32,000 nucleotides of DNA. Origin: Schaalia meyeri (lineage in GTDB: Bacteria > Actinomycetota > Actinomycetes > Actinomycetales > Actinomycetaceae). Where the stretch lies: assembly GCF_900105015.1 (NCBI RefSeq), contig NZ_FNLK01000006.1, positions 30,001 through 62,000 on the forward strand. The letters run 5' to 3'. Shown piece by piece: positions 1-7,590 of the stretch. Position 1 is the stretch's first letter; every line of letters starts with the position of its first letter. The notes under the pieces were generated by a model, which was not told where the DNA came from, did not search any database, and saw only the letters and a list, made by a program, of their open reading frames with translations. Made by a program: the position numbers and the translations under genes.

Positions 1-1
1 T

Positions 2-691
2 GCCCGCGAGGCCACGGGAGCGAACGCCTCCGTCATCTTTGTGCCCCCGGCTTTTGCCAAGGGGGCCGCCCTGGAGGCCATCGACGCGGGCATTCAGACC
101 GTCGTGCTCATCACCGAAGGCATCCCCGTGCAGGACTCGACGATCATCGTCGAACGCGCCCTGGAGGCGGGCGTGCGCCTGATCGGCCCCAACTGCCCCG
201 GCATCATCTCGCCCGGGCAGGCGAACCTGGGCATCACGCCGGCAAACATCACGGGCCCGGGGCGGTTGGGCCTCGTCTCCAAGTCGGGCACCCTGACCTA
301 CCAGCTCATGTACGAGCTGCGCGACTGCGGGTTCACGACGTGCCTGGGCATCGGCGGCGACCCGGTTGTGGGTACCACCCACATCGACGCGCTGGCCGCC
401 TTCGAGCAGGACCCGCACACCGATCTGGTCATCATGATCGGCGAGATCGGCGGCGACGCCGAAGAGCGCGCGGCCGAGTGGATCTGCCAGAACATGACGA
501 AGCCGGTCGTCGCCTATATCGCGGGCTTCACGGCTCCCGAGGGAAAGACTATGGGGCACGCGGGCGCGATCGTGTCCGGTTCCTCCGGCACGGCCGCCGC
601 GAAGGCTGCCGCGCTCGAGGCCGTGGGCGTTTGCGTGGGCCGCACCCCCACGCAGACCGCGCAGATCGCGCGCGCGTGGCTGACCCGGTAA
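2..691 (+). CDS. sucD: succinate--CoA ligase (ADP-forming) subunit alpha; 5' end lies off the left window edge
   Basis: The frame is open from the window edge (phase of nt 2) to TAA at 689-691. The translation [39 protein letters not shown]...[11 protein letters not shown]...SKSGTLTYQ...GIGGDP...[10 protein letters not shown] carries the classic SucD motifs. Confidence 0.95.
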   Translation, partial: AREATGANASVIFVPPAFAKGAALEAIDAGIQTVVLITEGIPVQDSTIIVERALEAGVRLIGPNCPGIISPGQANLGITPANITGPGRLGLVSKSGTLTYQLMYELRDCGFTTCLGIGGDPVVGTTHIDALAAFEQDPHTDLVIMIGEIGGDAEERAAEWICQNMTKPVVAYIAGFTAPEGKTMGHAGAIVSGSSGTAAAKAAALEAVGVCVGRTPTQTAQIARAWLTR

Positions 692-707
692 CGTCGCGGC
701 GATTCAG

Positions 708-739
708 CCCGGGGCGGCGTGCAGCGTCGCGGCCCCGGG
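708..739 (+). terminator. GC hairpin after sucD (8-bp stem CCCGGGGC/GCCCCGGG, 16-nt loop), no U-tract
   Basis: Stem 708-715 pairs with 732-739 directly downstream of the sucD stop. It is flanked by the direct repeat GCGATTC. There is no T-run, so it is at most an I-shaped actinobacterial terminator. Confidence 0.3.
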
Positions 740-761
740 GCGATTCTGACACTATGGGGCT

Positions 762-2120
762 GTGAGCGAGCACATGAGAGAAGAAGCTAACCTCCGGCGA
801 ACCACGACCACCTACGTGCCGGACCGGGCGACGATCCGCGTCGCCGTGCCCAAGGGCTGGGCCCGCGGCGTTCTCGCGGGCGTGGAGGCGGCCTTCGCCG
901 GCTGGGCGTCCGTCACGGTGCTCACCATGGTCGCCTACCTGACGCTGCGCTCCAACTCGTGGATGAACGACACGACTCCCCGCGACGCGCTCGGCCTCGG
1001 CGGCGATCTGTGGTCGGCCGTCGTGGGCGGCACCACGATGGTTGGGGGAGTGTCGTATCGGGCGATACCGACGCTCGCGGGCGCGCTGCTGATCGTGCTC
1101 GTGCGTATCCTGCTGCGAACGACCGCAGGCTTTCCCCGCTCTTGCGCGTTTTTTGCCGTGCCCGGTTTCCTGCTGACGTCGTGGCTGCTGGCGGGCGCGT
1201 CGGGCCAGAACTCTCACTGGTGGACGGGCACGCTGGGCGCGATCCTCATTCCGCTGATCGGCTCCGTCTGGTTCTTCGCCTCGGGATACTCGCGCGACGA
1301 TGCGGCGCCCTCGATGCAGCACTGGATTTCGGGGGGCTTCAAGATGGCAGGGCTGCTCGTGGTCGTGCTCGCGTCCGCCTCGGCGGTTGCCTCTGTCGTG
1401 GCCCTCGTGCTGGCGTGGGGACGGATGAGCGGCATCCAGGAGCTCCTGGGCGCTTCCTCAAGCATCGACACGGCGTTCATCGTGGGGGCTCAGGTCCTGT
1501 TTACCCCGACGGTCATGGCGTGGGCGGCCGCCTGGTGGTCGGGCGCGGGTTTCCTGACGGCCACCGACGCGCTGCATTCGCCCACGGTCGCGGCTGAGGG
1601 GCCGATCCCCCCGATCCCCCTCCTCGGGGCGGTCCCCACGACGGCTCCCGGGCTGTGGCTGGTCCTCGTGCCATGTGCCCTCGGCCTGGCGTTCGGCTTC
1701 GTGCTTGCGCTGACTTTTCGACGCGAGCACCTGCTCCACCAGGCCGCTCAGGGCCTCCTGGCCGCGGTCGTGTTCGCGGGCGTCACGGCGCTGTGGATGT
1801 GGAGTGCGACCATGAGCCTGGGGGCCGTGCGTCTGGCGGCGATGGGCCCGCGCGTCGGCTGGGTGACCCTGGCCCTGGTTGTCGAGATCGCGCTGCCCGC
1901 CGTGCTCGTTACACTGGCCACGCACCCGACCACGCTGGCGCTTCTCGGCGAGGGGGTGGGGCGCGTGCGCCATGGGGGCGAGGCGTTGCGTCGGCGCCGA
2001 AGCGAGAGCCGCGACCGGAAGGCGGCCGCGGCCTCGTCGACGGTCCAGGAGGGTGCCGAAGGCCAGGGAGGCGAGGACGAGCCGTGGGCGGAGGCCGCGA
2101 CTGGCGAGGGCCTCGACTAG
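762..2120 (+). CDS. polytopic integral membrane protein, PerM / DUF6350-like
   Basis: 452-codon ORF with about 10 hydrophobic segments and a charged, acidic C-terminal tail. Its position directly after sucD matches the sucCD-perM neighbourhood I remember from mycobacteria. The start could be GTG 762 or ATG 774. A CACTAT box at 750-755 sits 6 nt before GTG 762. Confidence 0.6.
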   Translation: MSEHMREEANLRRTTTTYVPDRATIRVAVPKGWARGVLAGVEAAFAGWASVTVLTMVAYLTLRSNSWMNDTTPRDALGLGGDLWSAVVGGTTMVGGVSYRAIPTLAGALLIVLVRILLRTTAGFPRSCAFFAVPGFLLTSWLLAGASGQNSHWWTGTLGAILIPLIGSVWFFASGYSRDDAAPSMQHWISGGFKMAGLLVVVLASASAVASVVALVLAWGRMSGIQELLGASSSIDTAFIVGAQVLFTPTVMAWAAAWWSGAGFLTATDALHSPTVAAEGPIPPIPLLGAVPTTAPGLWLVLVPCALGLAFGFVLALTFRREHLLHQAAQGLLAAVVFAGVTALWMWSATMSLGAVRLAAMGPRVGWVTLALVVEIALPAVLVTLATHPTTLALLGEGVGRVRHGGEALRRRRSESRDRKAAAASSTVQEGAEGQGGEDEPWAEAATGEGLD

Positions 2121-2191
2121 ACCGAGGGGGGCGCGACTGGCGGGGCTGGAGGAGTGAGCGCGTTCCCTCGGGCGATCGGTTTCGCGTGCGG

Positions 2192-2220
2192 TTGACGGGT
2201 GAGTTGCGGCGGTGTTTAAT
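2192..2220 (+). promoter_or_regulatory. sigma-70-type promoter for bioY: TTGACG (2192-2197), 17-bp spacer, TTTAAT (2215-2220)
   Basis: Near-consensus hexamers with 17-bp spacing in an AT-rich patch of an otherwise GC-rich region, about 45 nt upstream of the bioY ATG. Confidence 0.55.
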
Positions 2221-2238
2221 TCAAGTATTGAATTAAAC
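2214..2238 (+). promoter_or_regulatory. perfect 11-bp-arm inverted repeat GTTTAATTCAA-GTA-TTGAATTAAAC, candidate repressor operator over the bioY -10 and transcription start
   Basis: Arms 2214-2224 and 2228-2238 are exact reverse complements. The repeat overlaps the -10 hexamer and the predicted transcription start of bioY. Confidence 0.6.
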
Positions 2239-2263
2239 TGTTGTTCCCGTCGAAAGGCTCCCC

Positions 2264-2851
2264 ATGACCACGCTGACCGTTAACCCCGCCGCCTCCGCGC
2301 ACCCCAATCGTGTCCTCGCCGATCGCTTCGGCGGAACCATTCTGCGCGAGGTCGTGCTCGTGGCCGCCGGAACGCTCGCGCTGATTCTCCTGGCCCGCGT
2401 GTCGGTCCCTCTGCCCTTTACGCCGGTCCCCGTCTCCCTGGGCACGCTCGGCGCGCTCTCCGTGGGCACGGTCCTGGGCGCTCGCCGAGGCCTGGTTAGC
2501 GTCCTGGCCTACGTGGTTTTGGGCGTGGCGGGCGCTCCCGTCTTTACGGGCACGAATGTCGGCTGGGCCTTCGCGTCCTTCGGCTACGTCCTCGGTTACT
2601 TCCTGGTTGCCCTGATCTCGGGGCTTTCCGCCCAGCGCGGCGCTGATCGCCGCGTGGTGACGATGGTCCCCACCGCGCTGGCCTCCCTGGCCTCCGTGTA
2701 CGTCGCGGGGCTGGCCTGGATGATCCCGTTTGCCCACATGACCCTGGCCGATGGCCTGGCCAAGGGCTTGGTCCCCTTCATCATCGGCGACCTCCTTAAG
2801 GCGGCGGTGGCATCCGGTCTCTTCCCCGTCCTGCGTTCGCTGACCCGCTGA
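2264..2851 (+). CDS. bioY: biotin transporter BioY (ECF S-component)
   Basis: 195 aa with 5-6 TM segments. The N-terminal region ...LVAAGTLALILLARVSVPLPFTPVPVSLGTLGALSVGTVLGARRGLVSVLAYVVLGVAGAPVF is typical of BioY. SD GAAAGG at 2252-2257. Confidence 0.9.
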   Translation: MTTLTVNPAASAHPNRVLADRFGGTILREVVLVAAGTLALILLARVSVPLPFTPVPVSLGTLGALSVGTVLGARRGLVSVLAYVVLGVAGAPVFTGTNVGWAFASFGYVLGYFLVALISGLSAQRGADRRVVTMVPTALASLASVYVAGLAWMIPFAHMTLADGLAKGLVPFIIGDLLKAAVASGLFPVLRSLTR

Positions 2852-2875
2852 GCGCACGCGTCCGAGCGCGAAGAG

Positions 2876-2914
2876 AAGCGGCCTCGTCCCCAGTCGGGGG
2901 TGAGGCCGCTTTCC
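2876..2914 (+). terminator. intrinsic terminator after bioY
   Basis: AAGCGGCCTC (2876-2885) pairs with GAGGCCGCTT (2902-2911), with an inner CCCC/GGGG stem, followed by TTTCC. The reverse strand also reads stem + CTCTTC, so it may act in both directions. Confidence 0.65.
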
Positions 2915-3259
2915 TGTACAGGCGGGCGTCTGTTGCCACCGGCGTGTGTGTCTCTGTGGACACCTGTCCCTGCGTGTGTGTTGCCGCGGGCGCGCCTCGT
3001 TGACGACGGTGAGCTCGTGGCTGGTGGGTTGCTGTGGCTGGGTGAAACCGGGGCCACCCCTGCTGTGGTGGATTGCCGCTGAATCGGCTGTTTTGCTGAG
3101 GCGGGGACGCGTGTTGGTTTCAGATACGTGAGCGCCCCCGCGAAGCGGGCCCCGAATCCCACGCCAGCAGCCTGCGGTGATCTCACATCAAGCCTGGGCA
3201 CGCGAGCGTCGAGATGCTCCGGCGTGACAGCGGTCGGCGTGCTGCGATGCCGCAGACCT

Positions 3260-3287
3260 GAGCCTCCGCGTGGAGGCTCTTTCGCTT
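3260..3287 (+). terminator. terminator-like hairpin GAGCCTCC-GCGT-GGAGGCTC + TTTCGCTT just upstream of guaA
   Basis: Perfect 8-bp stem (3260-3267 / 3272-3279) with a 4-nt loop and a T-rich tail on the + strand only. It sits 55 nt before the guaA start at the end of a roughly 430-nt gene-free stretch. Confidence 0.45.
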
Positions 3288-3341
3288 GGTGACATGCGCA
3301 GTGGGGCGCGACGGGTGGGGCGCGCGGGTACTATTGGCAGG

Positions 3342-4913
3342 GTGAACGCTACCGACATGCATCCCGTCCTCGTCGTCGATTTTGGCGCGCAGTATGCCCA
3401 GCTGATCGCCCGCCGCGTGCGCGAGGCCAGCGTCTACTCTGAGATCGTCCCCCACACGATGAGCGTGGCGGACATGCTGGCCAAGGCGCCGACCGCGATC
3501 ATCCTGTCCGGCGGCCCCTCCTCCGTGTACGAGGCGGGCGCCCCCTCCGTGGATCCCGCGATTTTCGAGGCCGGGGTGCCGGTCCTGGGGATCTGCTACG
3601 GCTTCCAGACGATGGCCCACGCCCTGGGGGGCACGGTGGGCCGTACGGGCACCCGCGAGTACGGGCACACCGAGGCCGCGGTCGCGGGCGATTCCTGCCT
3701 GTTCGCGGGAACGCCGGAGGAACAGATCGTGTGGATGAGTCACGGCGACGCCGTTCAGGGAGCGCCCGAGGGGTTCACCGTCACGGCGTCCACCGCCGAA
3801 ACCCCGGTCGCCGCCTTCGAGGACCGGGGGCGTCGCCTTTTCGGCCTGCAGTGGCACCCCGAGGTGGGGCACTCGCGCTTCGGCCAGGACGCGCTGCGGA
3901 ACTTCCTGTACGAGGGTGCCGGGATCGAGCCTACGTGGACGGCCGGCTCCATCGTCGATGAGCAGGTCGCGAGGATCCGCGAGCAGGTCGGCGACGCGCA
4001 GGTCATCTGCGCGCTGTCGGGCGGCGTGGACTCTTCCGTGGCCGCGGCGCTGGTGCACAAGGCCGTCGGCGACCAGCTGACCTGCTTCTTTATCGACCAC
4101 GGCCTGCTGCGCGCGGGCGAGCGCGAGCAGGTGGAGGGCGACTACGCGCGCGGCATGGGCATCCGCGTCATCACGTGTGACGAAACGGATCGTTTCCTCG
4201 GCGCGCTGGCGGGCGTGACCGAGCCCGAGGCGAAGCGCAAGATCATCGGCCGCGAATTCATCCGCTCCTTCGAGGCCGCACAGAAGCAGGTCGTCGAACA
4301 GGTGGGCGCGTCTGGCGGCGAGGTGAAGTTCCTGGTGCAGGGCACCCTGTACCCCGATGTCGTCGAATCCGGCGGCGGCGAGGGTGCCGCCAACATCAAG
4401 AGCCATCACAACGTGGGCGGCCTGCCCGAGGACATGGCCTTCGAGCTGGTGGAGCCGCTGCGTACCCTGTTCAAGGACGAGGTGCGCGCGGTCGGCCGCG
4501 AGCTGGGCCTGCCGGACTACCTGGTGAATCGCCAGCCCTTCCCGGGCCCGGGCCTGGGGATCCGCATCATCGGCGAGGTGACGCGCGAGCGCCTGGACAT
4601 CCTGCGCGCCGCCGACCTGATCGCCCGCCAGGAGCTGACCGCTGCGGGGTTGGACCAGCAGATCTGGCAGTGCCCCGTGGTGTTGCTGGCGGACGTGCGC
4701 AGCGTGGGCGTGCAGGGCGACGGGCGCACCTACGGTCACCCGATCGTGCTGCGCCCCGTGTCCTCCGAGGACGCGATGACGGCCGACTGGACGCGCCTGC
4801 CCTACGACGTCCTGGCCCGTATCTCGACGCGCATCACGAACTCCGTGCCCGAGGTCAACCGCGTGGTCCTCGACGTCACCTCCAAGCCCCCGGCCACCAT
4901 CGAATGGGAGTGA
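3342..4913 (+). CDS. guaA: glutamine-hydrolysing GMP synthase
   Basis: [21 protein letters not shown]...GICYGFQ...WMSHGD (class-I glutamine amidotransferase domain), SGGVDSSV (ATP pyrophosphatase P-loop), and the C-terminal ...KPPATIEWE. The start is GTG 3342 (TACTAT -10 at 3329-3334, 7 nt upstream, suggesting leaderless) or ATG 3357. The 3270 start on the ORF track is unlikely. Confidence 0.95.
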   Translation: MNATDMHPVLVVDFGAQYAQLIARRVREASVYSEIVPHTMSVADMLAKAPTAIILSGGPSSVYEAGAPSVDPAIFEAGVPVLGICYGFQTMAHALGGTVGRTGTREYGHTEAAVAGDSCLFAGTPEEQIVWMSHGDAVQGAPEGFTVTASTAETPVAAFEDRGRRLFGLQWHPEVGHSRFGQDALRNFLYEGAGIEPTWTAGSIVDEQVARIREQVGDAQVICALSGGVDSSVAAALVHKAVGDQLTCFFIDHGLLRAGEREQVEGDYARGMGIRVITCDETDRFLGALAGVTEPEAKRKIIGREFIRSFEAAQKQVVEQVGASGGEVKFLVQGTLYPDVVESGGGEGAANIKSHHNVGGLPEDMAFELVEPLRTLFKDEVRAVGRELGLPDYLVNRQPFPGPGLGIRIIGEVTRERLDILRAADLIARQELTAAGLDQQIWQCPVVLLADVRSVGVQGDGRTYGHPIVLRPVSSEDAMTADWTRLPYDVLARISTRITNSVPEVNRVVLDVTSKPPATIEWE

Positions 4914-4947
4914 GGCGCTTCCAGGGCCGCGCTGATTGACTAGCCCT

Positions 4948-4977
4948 GGCCTCGTCCCAAGAAACGGGGACGAGGCC
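4948..4977. terminator. 11-bp-stem hairpin between convergent guaA and the membrane-protein gene
   Basis: GGCCTCGTCCC (4948-4958) pairs with GGGACGAGGCC (4967-4977). It lies between two convergent stops (4913 and 5072). There is no clear U-tract on either strand. Confidence 0.5.
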
Positions 4978-5071
4978 GGGGTTATGCTTGTGCGCGGGGG
5001 TGCTGGACCGGTCAGGAAGGAGTCGGTCAGCGAAAGTGGCGCATGCGCGCGTGAAGGGTAGGGGAGCGGTC

Positions 5072-5623
5072 CTAGGCCTCCCTGGGGGGCTCCCCGTGGG
5101 TGCTGTCAGCATCCCGTAGAAGCGCGTACAGTTTGGCGGCTGAGATCAGGTCGGCGATGGGCAGAGCGTGCCTCTTGATGTAGGTCTTTGCGACGTCGGC
5201 GCTGATGAGCCCTTGTTCGCGTGCGCGACGTGCCGCTGCGAATCCGTAGGAGGAGGTGATGAGCATGAGAAAGTAGGCCGCCGCGAACGTTGGAAACATC
5301 AAGATGAATCCCATGATGAAACGACCGATGTCGACGAAGATATACCGTCCCGCCCACTGCGCAAAGAGGAGCGTCTCAAGAAAGATGGGAAGCAAGCATA
5401 GCTTCAGGAGTAGATCCCAAAATGCCAGGGCGCGTGGCTGATCCTCGCGTCGAAGCCAGAGTGCGCACGCCAGGTTCGCCGCGCCGGTGGCGAACATCAA
5501 TGCGGTCCACGCGCTCGTTGGTATCGCATCCGACATGTAACCGATAAGGGGGTGGAGGGGCCAGCCGCAGTAAGTTACGACGACGAACAGGAGGGGCGCT
5601 GCGATGCGTACGACCGTGGGCAT
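5072..5623 (-). CDS. small 4-5 TM membrane protein, unknown function
   Basis: Only the last 183 codons of the 386-codon ORF look coding. They start at MPTVVRIAAPLLFVVVTY (ATG 5623) and contain repeated hydrophobic segments plus a polar tail. GC is lower than in the flanks. The gene is divergent from a TetR gene. Confidence 0.6.
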   Translation of the reverse strand: MPTVVRIAAPLLFVVVTYCGWPLHPLIGYMSDAIPTSAWTALMFATGAANLACALWLRREDQPRALAFWDLLLKLCLLPIFLETLLFAQWAGRYIFVDIGRFIMGFILMFPTFAAAYFLMLITSSYGFAAARRAREQGLISADVAKTYIKRHALPIADLISAAKLYALLRDADSTHGEPPREA

Positions 5624-5666
5624 GAGTGGCCTTCTTTCTGGGGCAAATTGTGTCCCGTCTTCGTTA

Positions 5667-5690
5667 GACCTCGGCAACGTTGCGGAGGTC
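5667..5690. promoter_or_regulatory. 24-bp near-perfect palindrome GACCTCGGCAACGTTGCGGAGGTC upstream of the 5623 membrane gene
   Basis: The sequence matches its own reverse complement except for one central-arm pair (positions 7 and 18). It lies 44-67 nt upstream of the minus-strand start codon, inside the divergent TetR/membrane intergenic region. Confidence 0.45.
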
Positions 5691-5777
5691 CGACGAACAA
5701 ACGGACAACACGTGCTCACAGGCAAATGTAGCACGGAGCCATAACGGAGGTGATGCGCGAACTCACCTTTATCCCTC

Positions 5778-5805
5778 TTGACGAGGCGCGAGACGCGCCT
5801 ATACT
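5778..5805 (+). promoter_or_regulatory. promoter TTGACG (5778-5783), 16-bp spacer, TATACT (5800-5805), with the spacer-filling palindrome AGGCGCG-AGA-CGCGCCT (5784-5800)
   Basis: Good hexamers and spacing upstream of the TetR gene. The 7-bp-arm perfect inverted repeat occupies the whole spacer, which is the geometry expected of an autoregulatory operator. Confidence 0.55.
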
Positions 5806-5854
5806 GAACACCGTTCATTGTAGGTTGATGTGCGTGGGGAGGCGGCGGATTCGC

Positions 5855-6451
5855 GTGCCAAAGCAAGTGATTGACAAGGAGAGGTTGATCGACGAGGCCT
5901 ATGCTATCGCCGCGCGCGAAGGGGTCTCCGCGCTCTCCGTGCGGAAACTCGCCGCGGCGTGCGGAATCGCGGTCGGCTCGGTGTACGTCTATTTCCCGAC
6001 GAAGGCCGACCTCACCGCCGCCGTGCTGACACGCTTCTTTGAGGAGAACCTCTCCGAGGAGCTGTGCGCCGTGCATCCCGGCGAGTGCTTCACCTCCTAC
6101 GCCAGGCGCTTCCGCGACGCCTTGAGCGGCGCGGTCGCAGCAATGGATATCGACTGGTTCGCCCAGATGCGGCGCCTGCCCGACAGTGAGCGCAGTGCCC
6201 TGGAAGCCGCGCGCGCCCCCGTGATGGCCCACATGGAGGCGGGACTCCGACGGGTTCTTGAGGCCGACCAGGCGGTGGTTCGCGCGCGGCTCGTCGGCTC
6301 TCTTCGCCCAGAGTCCCTCTGTCGCTTTACCCTCCGAAGCGTCTTTGCCTCGCTGATCGAGGGGGCCGACTGCGAGACGCTCTTTGCCCTGCTGGACGTG
6401 GCCCTATACGACGCCGCACCGCACGCCAACGGAAAGGAAGCCGCGCGATGA
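5855..6451 (+). CDS. TetR/AcrR family transcriptional regulator
   Basis: N-terminal HTH: LIDEAYAIAAREGVSALSVRKLAAACGIAVGSVYVYFPTKADL. GTG 5855 is preceded by GGGAGG (5837-5842); ATG 5828 is an alternative start. The stop overlaps the next start (ATGA at 6448-6451). Confidence 0.85.
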   Translation: MPKQVIDKERLIDEAYAIAAREGVSALSVRKLAAACGIAVGSVYVYFPTKADLTAAVLTRFFEENLSEELCAVHPGECFTSYARRFRDALSGAVAAMDIDWFAQMRRLPDSERSALEAARAPVMAHMEAGLRRVLEADQAVVRARLVGSLRPESLCRFTLRSVFASLIEGADCETLFALLDVALYDAAPHANGKEAAR

Positions 6452-6906
6452 AAAGGCTCCGCATCAGGAAAGAAAACCTCATCGTCGTGGCCGGCGTGGT
6501 GTGGCTGGTCGCCGGGGTTAACGTCGCCATCCTGGGCGTGCGCGCGGCCATTCACATGAGCGGTGCGGCGCTACTCGTTGCCCTCGCCCTGGCCGCGGGG
6601 TCAATCGTGATTTTCTGCGCGTTTCACGCGATGTTCAGCAGGCTCGTGGCAAAGAACTCCGAGCGAATCAGGGGGCTTGAGGGCGAGAGGCACAATCCCC
6701 TTCGATTCCTTGACGCGCGGAGCTACGCGACGATGGCGGTCATGATGTCTATCGGCTTTGGGATGAGGGCGGTCGGGCTCATCCCTGAGTGGTTCGTAGC
6801 CTTCTTCTACACGGGCCTGGGCCTCGCCCTCGCCCTGGCCGGGGTCAGCTTCCTCCTGCATCGCGCGGCAGGCCAGGGCTGGGCGTTCCATGCGCGCCGC
6901 CGCTGA
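6448..6906 (+). CDS. small 4-TM membrane protein, translationally coupled to the TetR gene
   Basis: 152 aa made of two hydrophobic hairpins separated by a basic loop (SRLVAKNSERIRGLEGERHNPLRFLD). SD GGAAAGGAAG at 6431-6440. ATGA overlap with the TetR stop. Confidence 0.65.
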   Translation: MKRLRIRKENLIVVAGVVWLVAGVNVAILGVRAAIHMSGAALLVALALAAGSIVIFCAFHAMFSRLVAKNSERIRGLEGERHNPLRFLDARSYATMAVMMSIGFGMRAVGLIPEWFVAFFYTGLGLALALAGVSFLLHRAAGQGWAFHARRR

Positions 6907-7139
6907 GCGATGCGCGACATCCCCCTGTACGCCATCGGCAACTCGGAAACCTGGGCGTGACGGGCGACGGGGCCAGCTCGCAGGGCTCCGGGGGCTCGTC
7001 CATTGACGAGGACAAGGCCAGTGGCGTGCGAAAAGGAGACGATGTGCTCGCCGAGTTCCCGGAACCCTGAGGTGGCGATGAATCACGTGGTGGTACGCTG
7101 TCGTCGTTCAAAGCCAATCGGAAACGAGACTGGACGCGC

Positions 7140-7589
7140 ATGGACTTCTACACCCTCGATTACATCGTCTCCCATCAGAGTGCTGATTCGACGCGGCGCG
7201 TGGCGGCGATCATCGTCCTGCTTCTGGTTGCTCTCGTTTTCAGTGTTCTCTACCTGCGTGACAGAGCGCGGACCCGTTGGCGTGACGCCGGGGTGGGCCT
7301 CCTTGTTCTCTCCCTCGTGCTGCTGGGTATCCAGACCGAGCAGTTCTTCCGATTGAGCAATCAGCTTTCCCAGTCCCAGCTGCTCGTGCACTTCATAGAG
7401 GGCGTCGCCACAGACCATGACGTCCCAGCCAGCGAGGTCTTGGTGAACTCGACGTCTCTGCAAGACGGTATCATCGTGCGTTTCAACGAGGAGGACTACC
7501 TGGTCCACCTGGGCGACGATAACAACTCCTACACGCTTGAGCGAACCCACATCATTGATCACAACGTCTATGTGAACGGGAAACACTGA
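7140..7589 (+). CDS. DUF3290-family small membrane protein
   Basis: 149 aa, MDFYTLDYI..., with two N-terminal TM segments followed by a soluble domain. Its size, shape and pairing with a DUF421 gene match the DUF3290/DUF421 pair common in Lactobacillales and Bacilli. GC is lower than in the flanks. Confidence 0.65.
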   Translation: MDFYTLDYIVSHQSADSTRRVAAIIVLLLVALVFSVLYLRDRARTRWRDAGVGLLVLSLVLLGIQTEQFFRLSNQLSQSQLLVHFIEGVATDHDVPASEVLVNSTSLQDGIIVRFNEEDYLVHLGDDNNSYTLERTHIIDHNVYVNGKH

Positions 7590-7590
7590 C

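Noticed and set aside
3183-4739. 518-codon ORF on the minus strand, antisense to guaA
   Set aside because: This is a shadow ORF typical of GC-rich DNA. It has an Arg/Ala/Gly/His/Asp-rich low-complexity translation, no recognisable motifs and no SD. It is entirely covered by a gene with unmistakable GuaA motifs on the other strand.
2880-4958. Shared 11-mer GGCCTCGTCCC in the bioY terminator stem (2880-2890) and the guaA-downstream hairpin (4948-4958), possibly a dispersed repeat element
   Set aside because: There are only two copies, each part of a GC stem next to a stop codon, and the flanks differ. This is most simply convergent terminator-stem composition. Genome-wide counting would be needed to say more.
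4914-5071. guaA 3' end as an integration site for a mobile island (integrative elements use the guaA 3' region in some Firmicutes)
   Set aside because: The block 5072-15201 contains no integrase, recombinase, relaxase or transposase. I could find no direct repeat of the guaA-distal sequence near 15124-15241.
5624-6232. N-terminal 203 codons of the 386-codon ORF at 5072-6232 (-)
   Set aside because: The upstream part is hydrophilic and Arg/His/Gly-rich, unlike the membrane portion. It overlaps the TetR gene and both intergenic palindromes on the opposite strand. An internal ATG at 5623 begins the hydrophobic protein.
6907-7139. Possible gene remnant or mini-ORF (ATG 6910, MRDIPLYAIGNSETWA; and the tail of the 6789-7070 ORF) between the TetR-coupled membrane gene and the DUF3290 gene
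   Set aside because: The ORFs are too short, have no SD, and their translations resemble no family I know. The interval is treated as an intergenic or promoter region.
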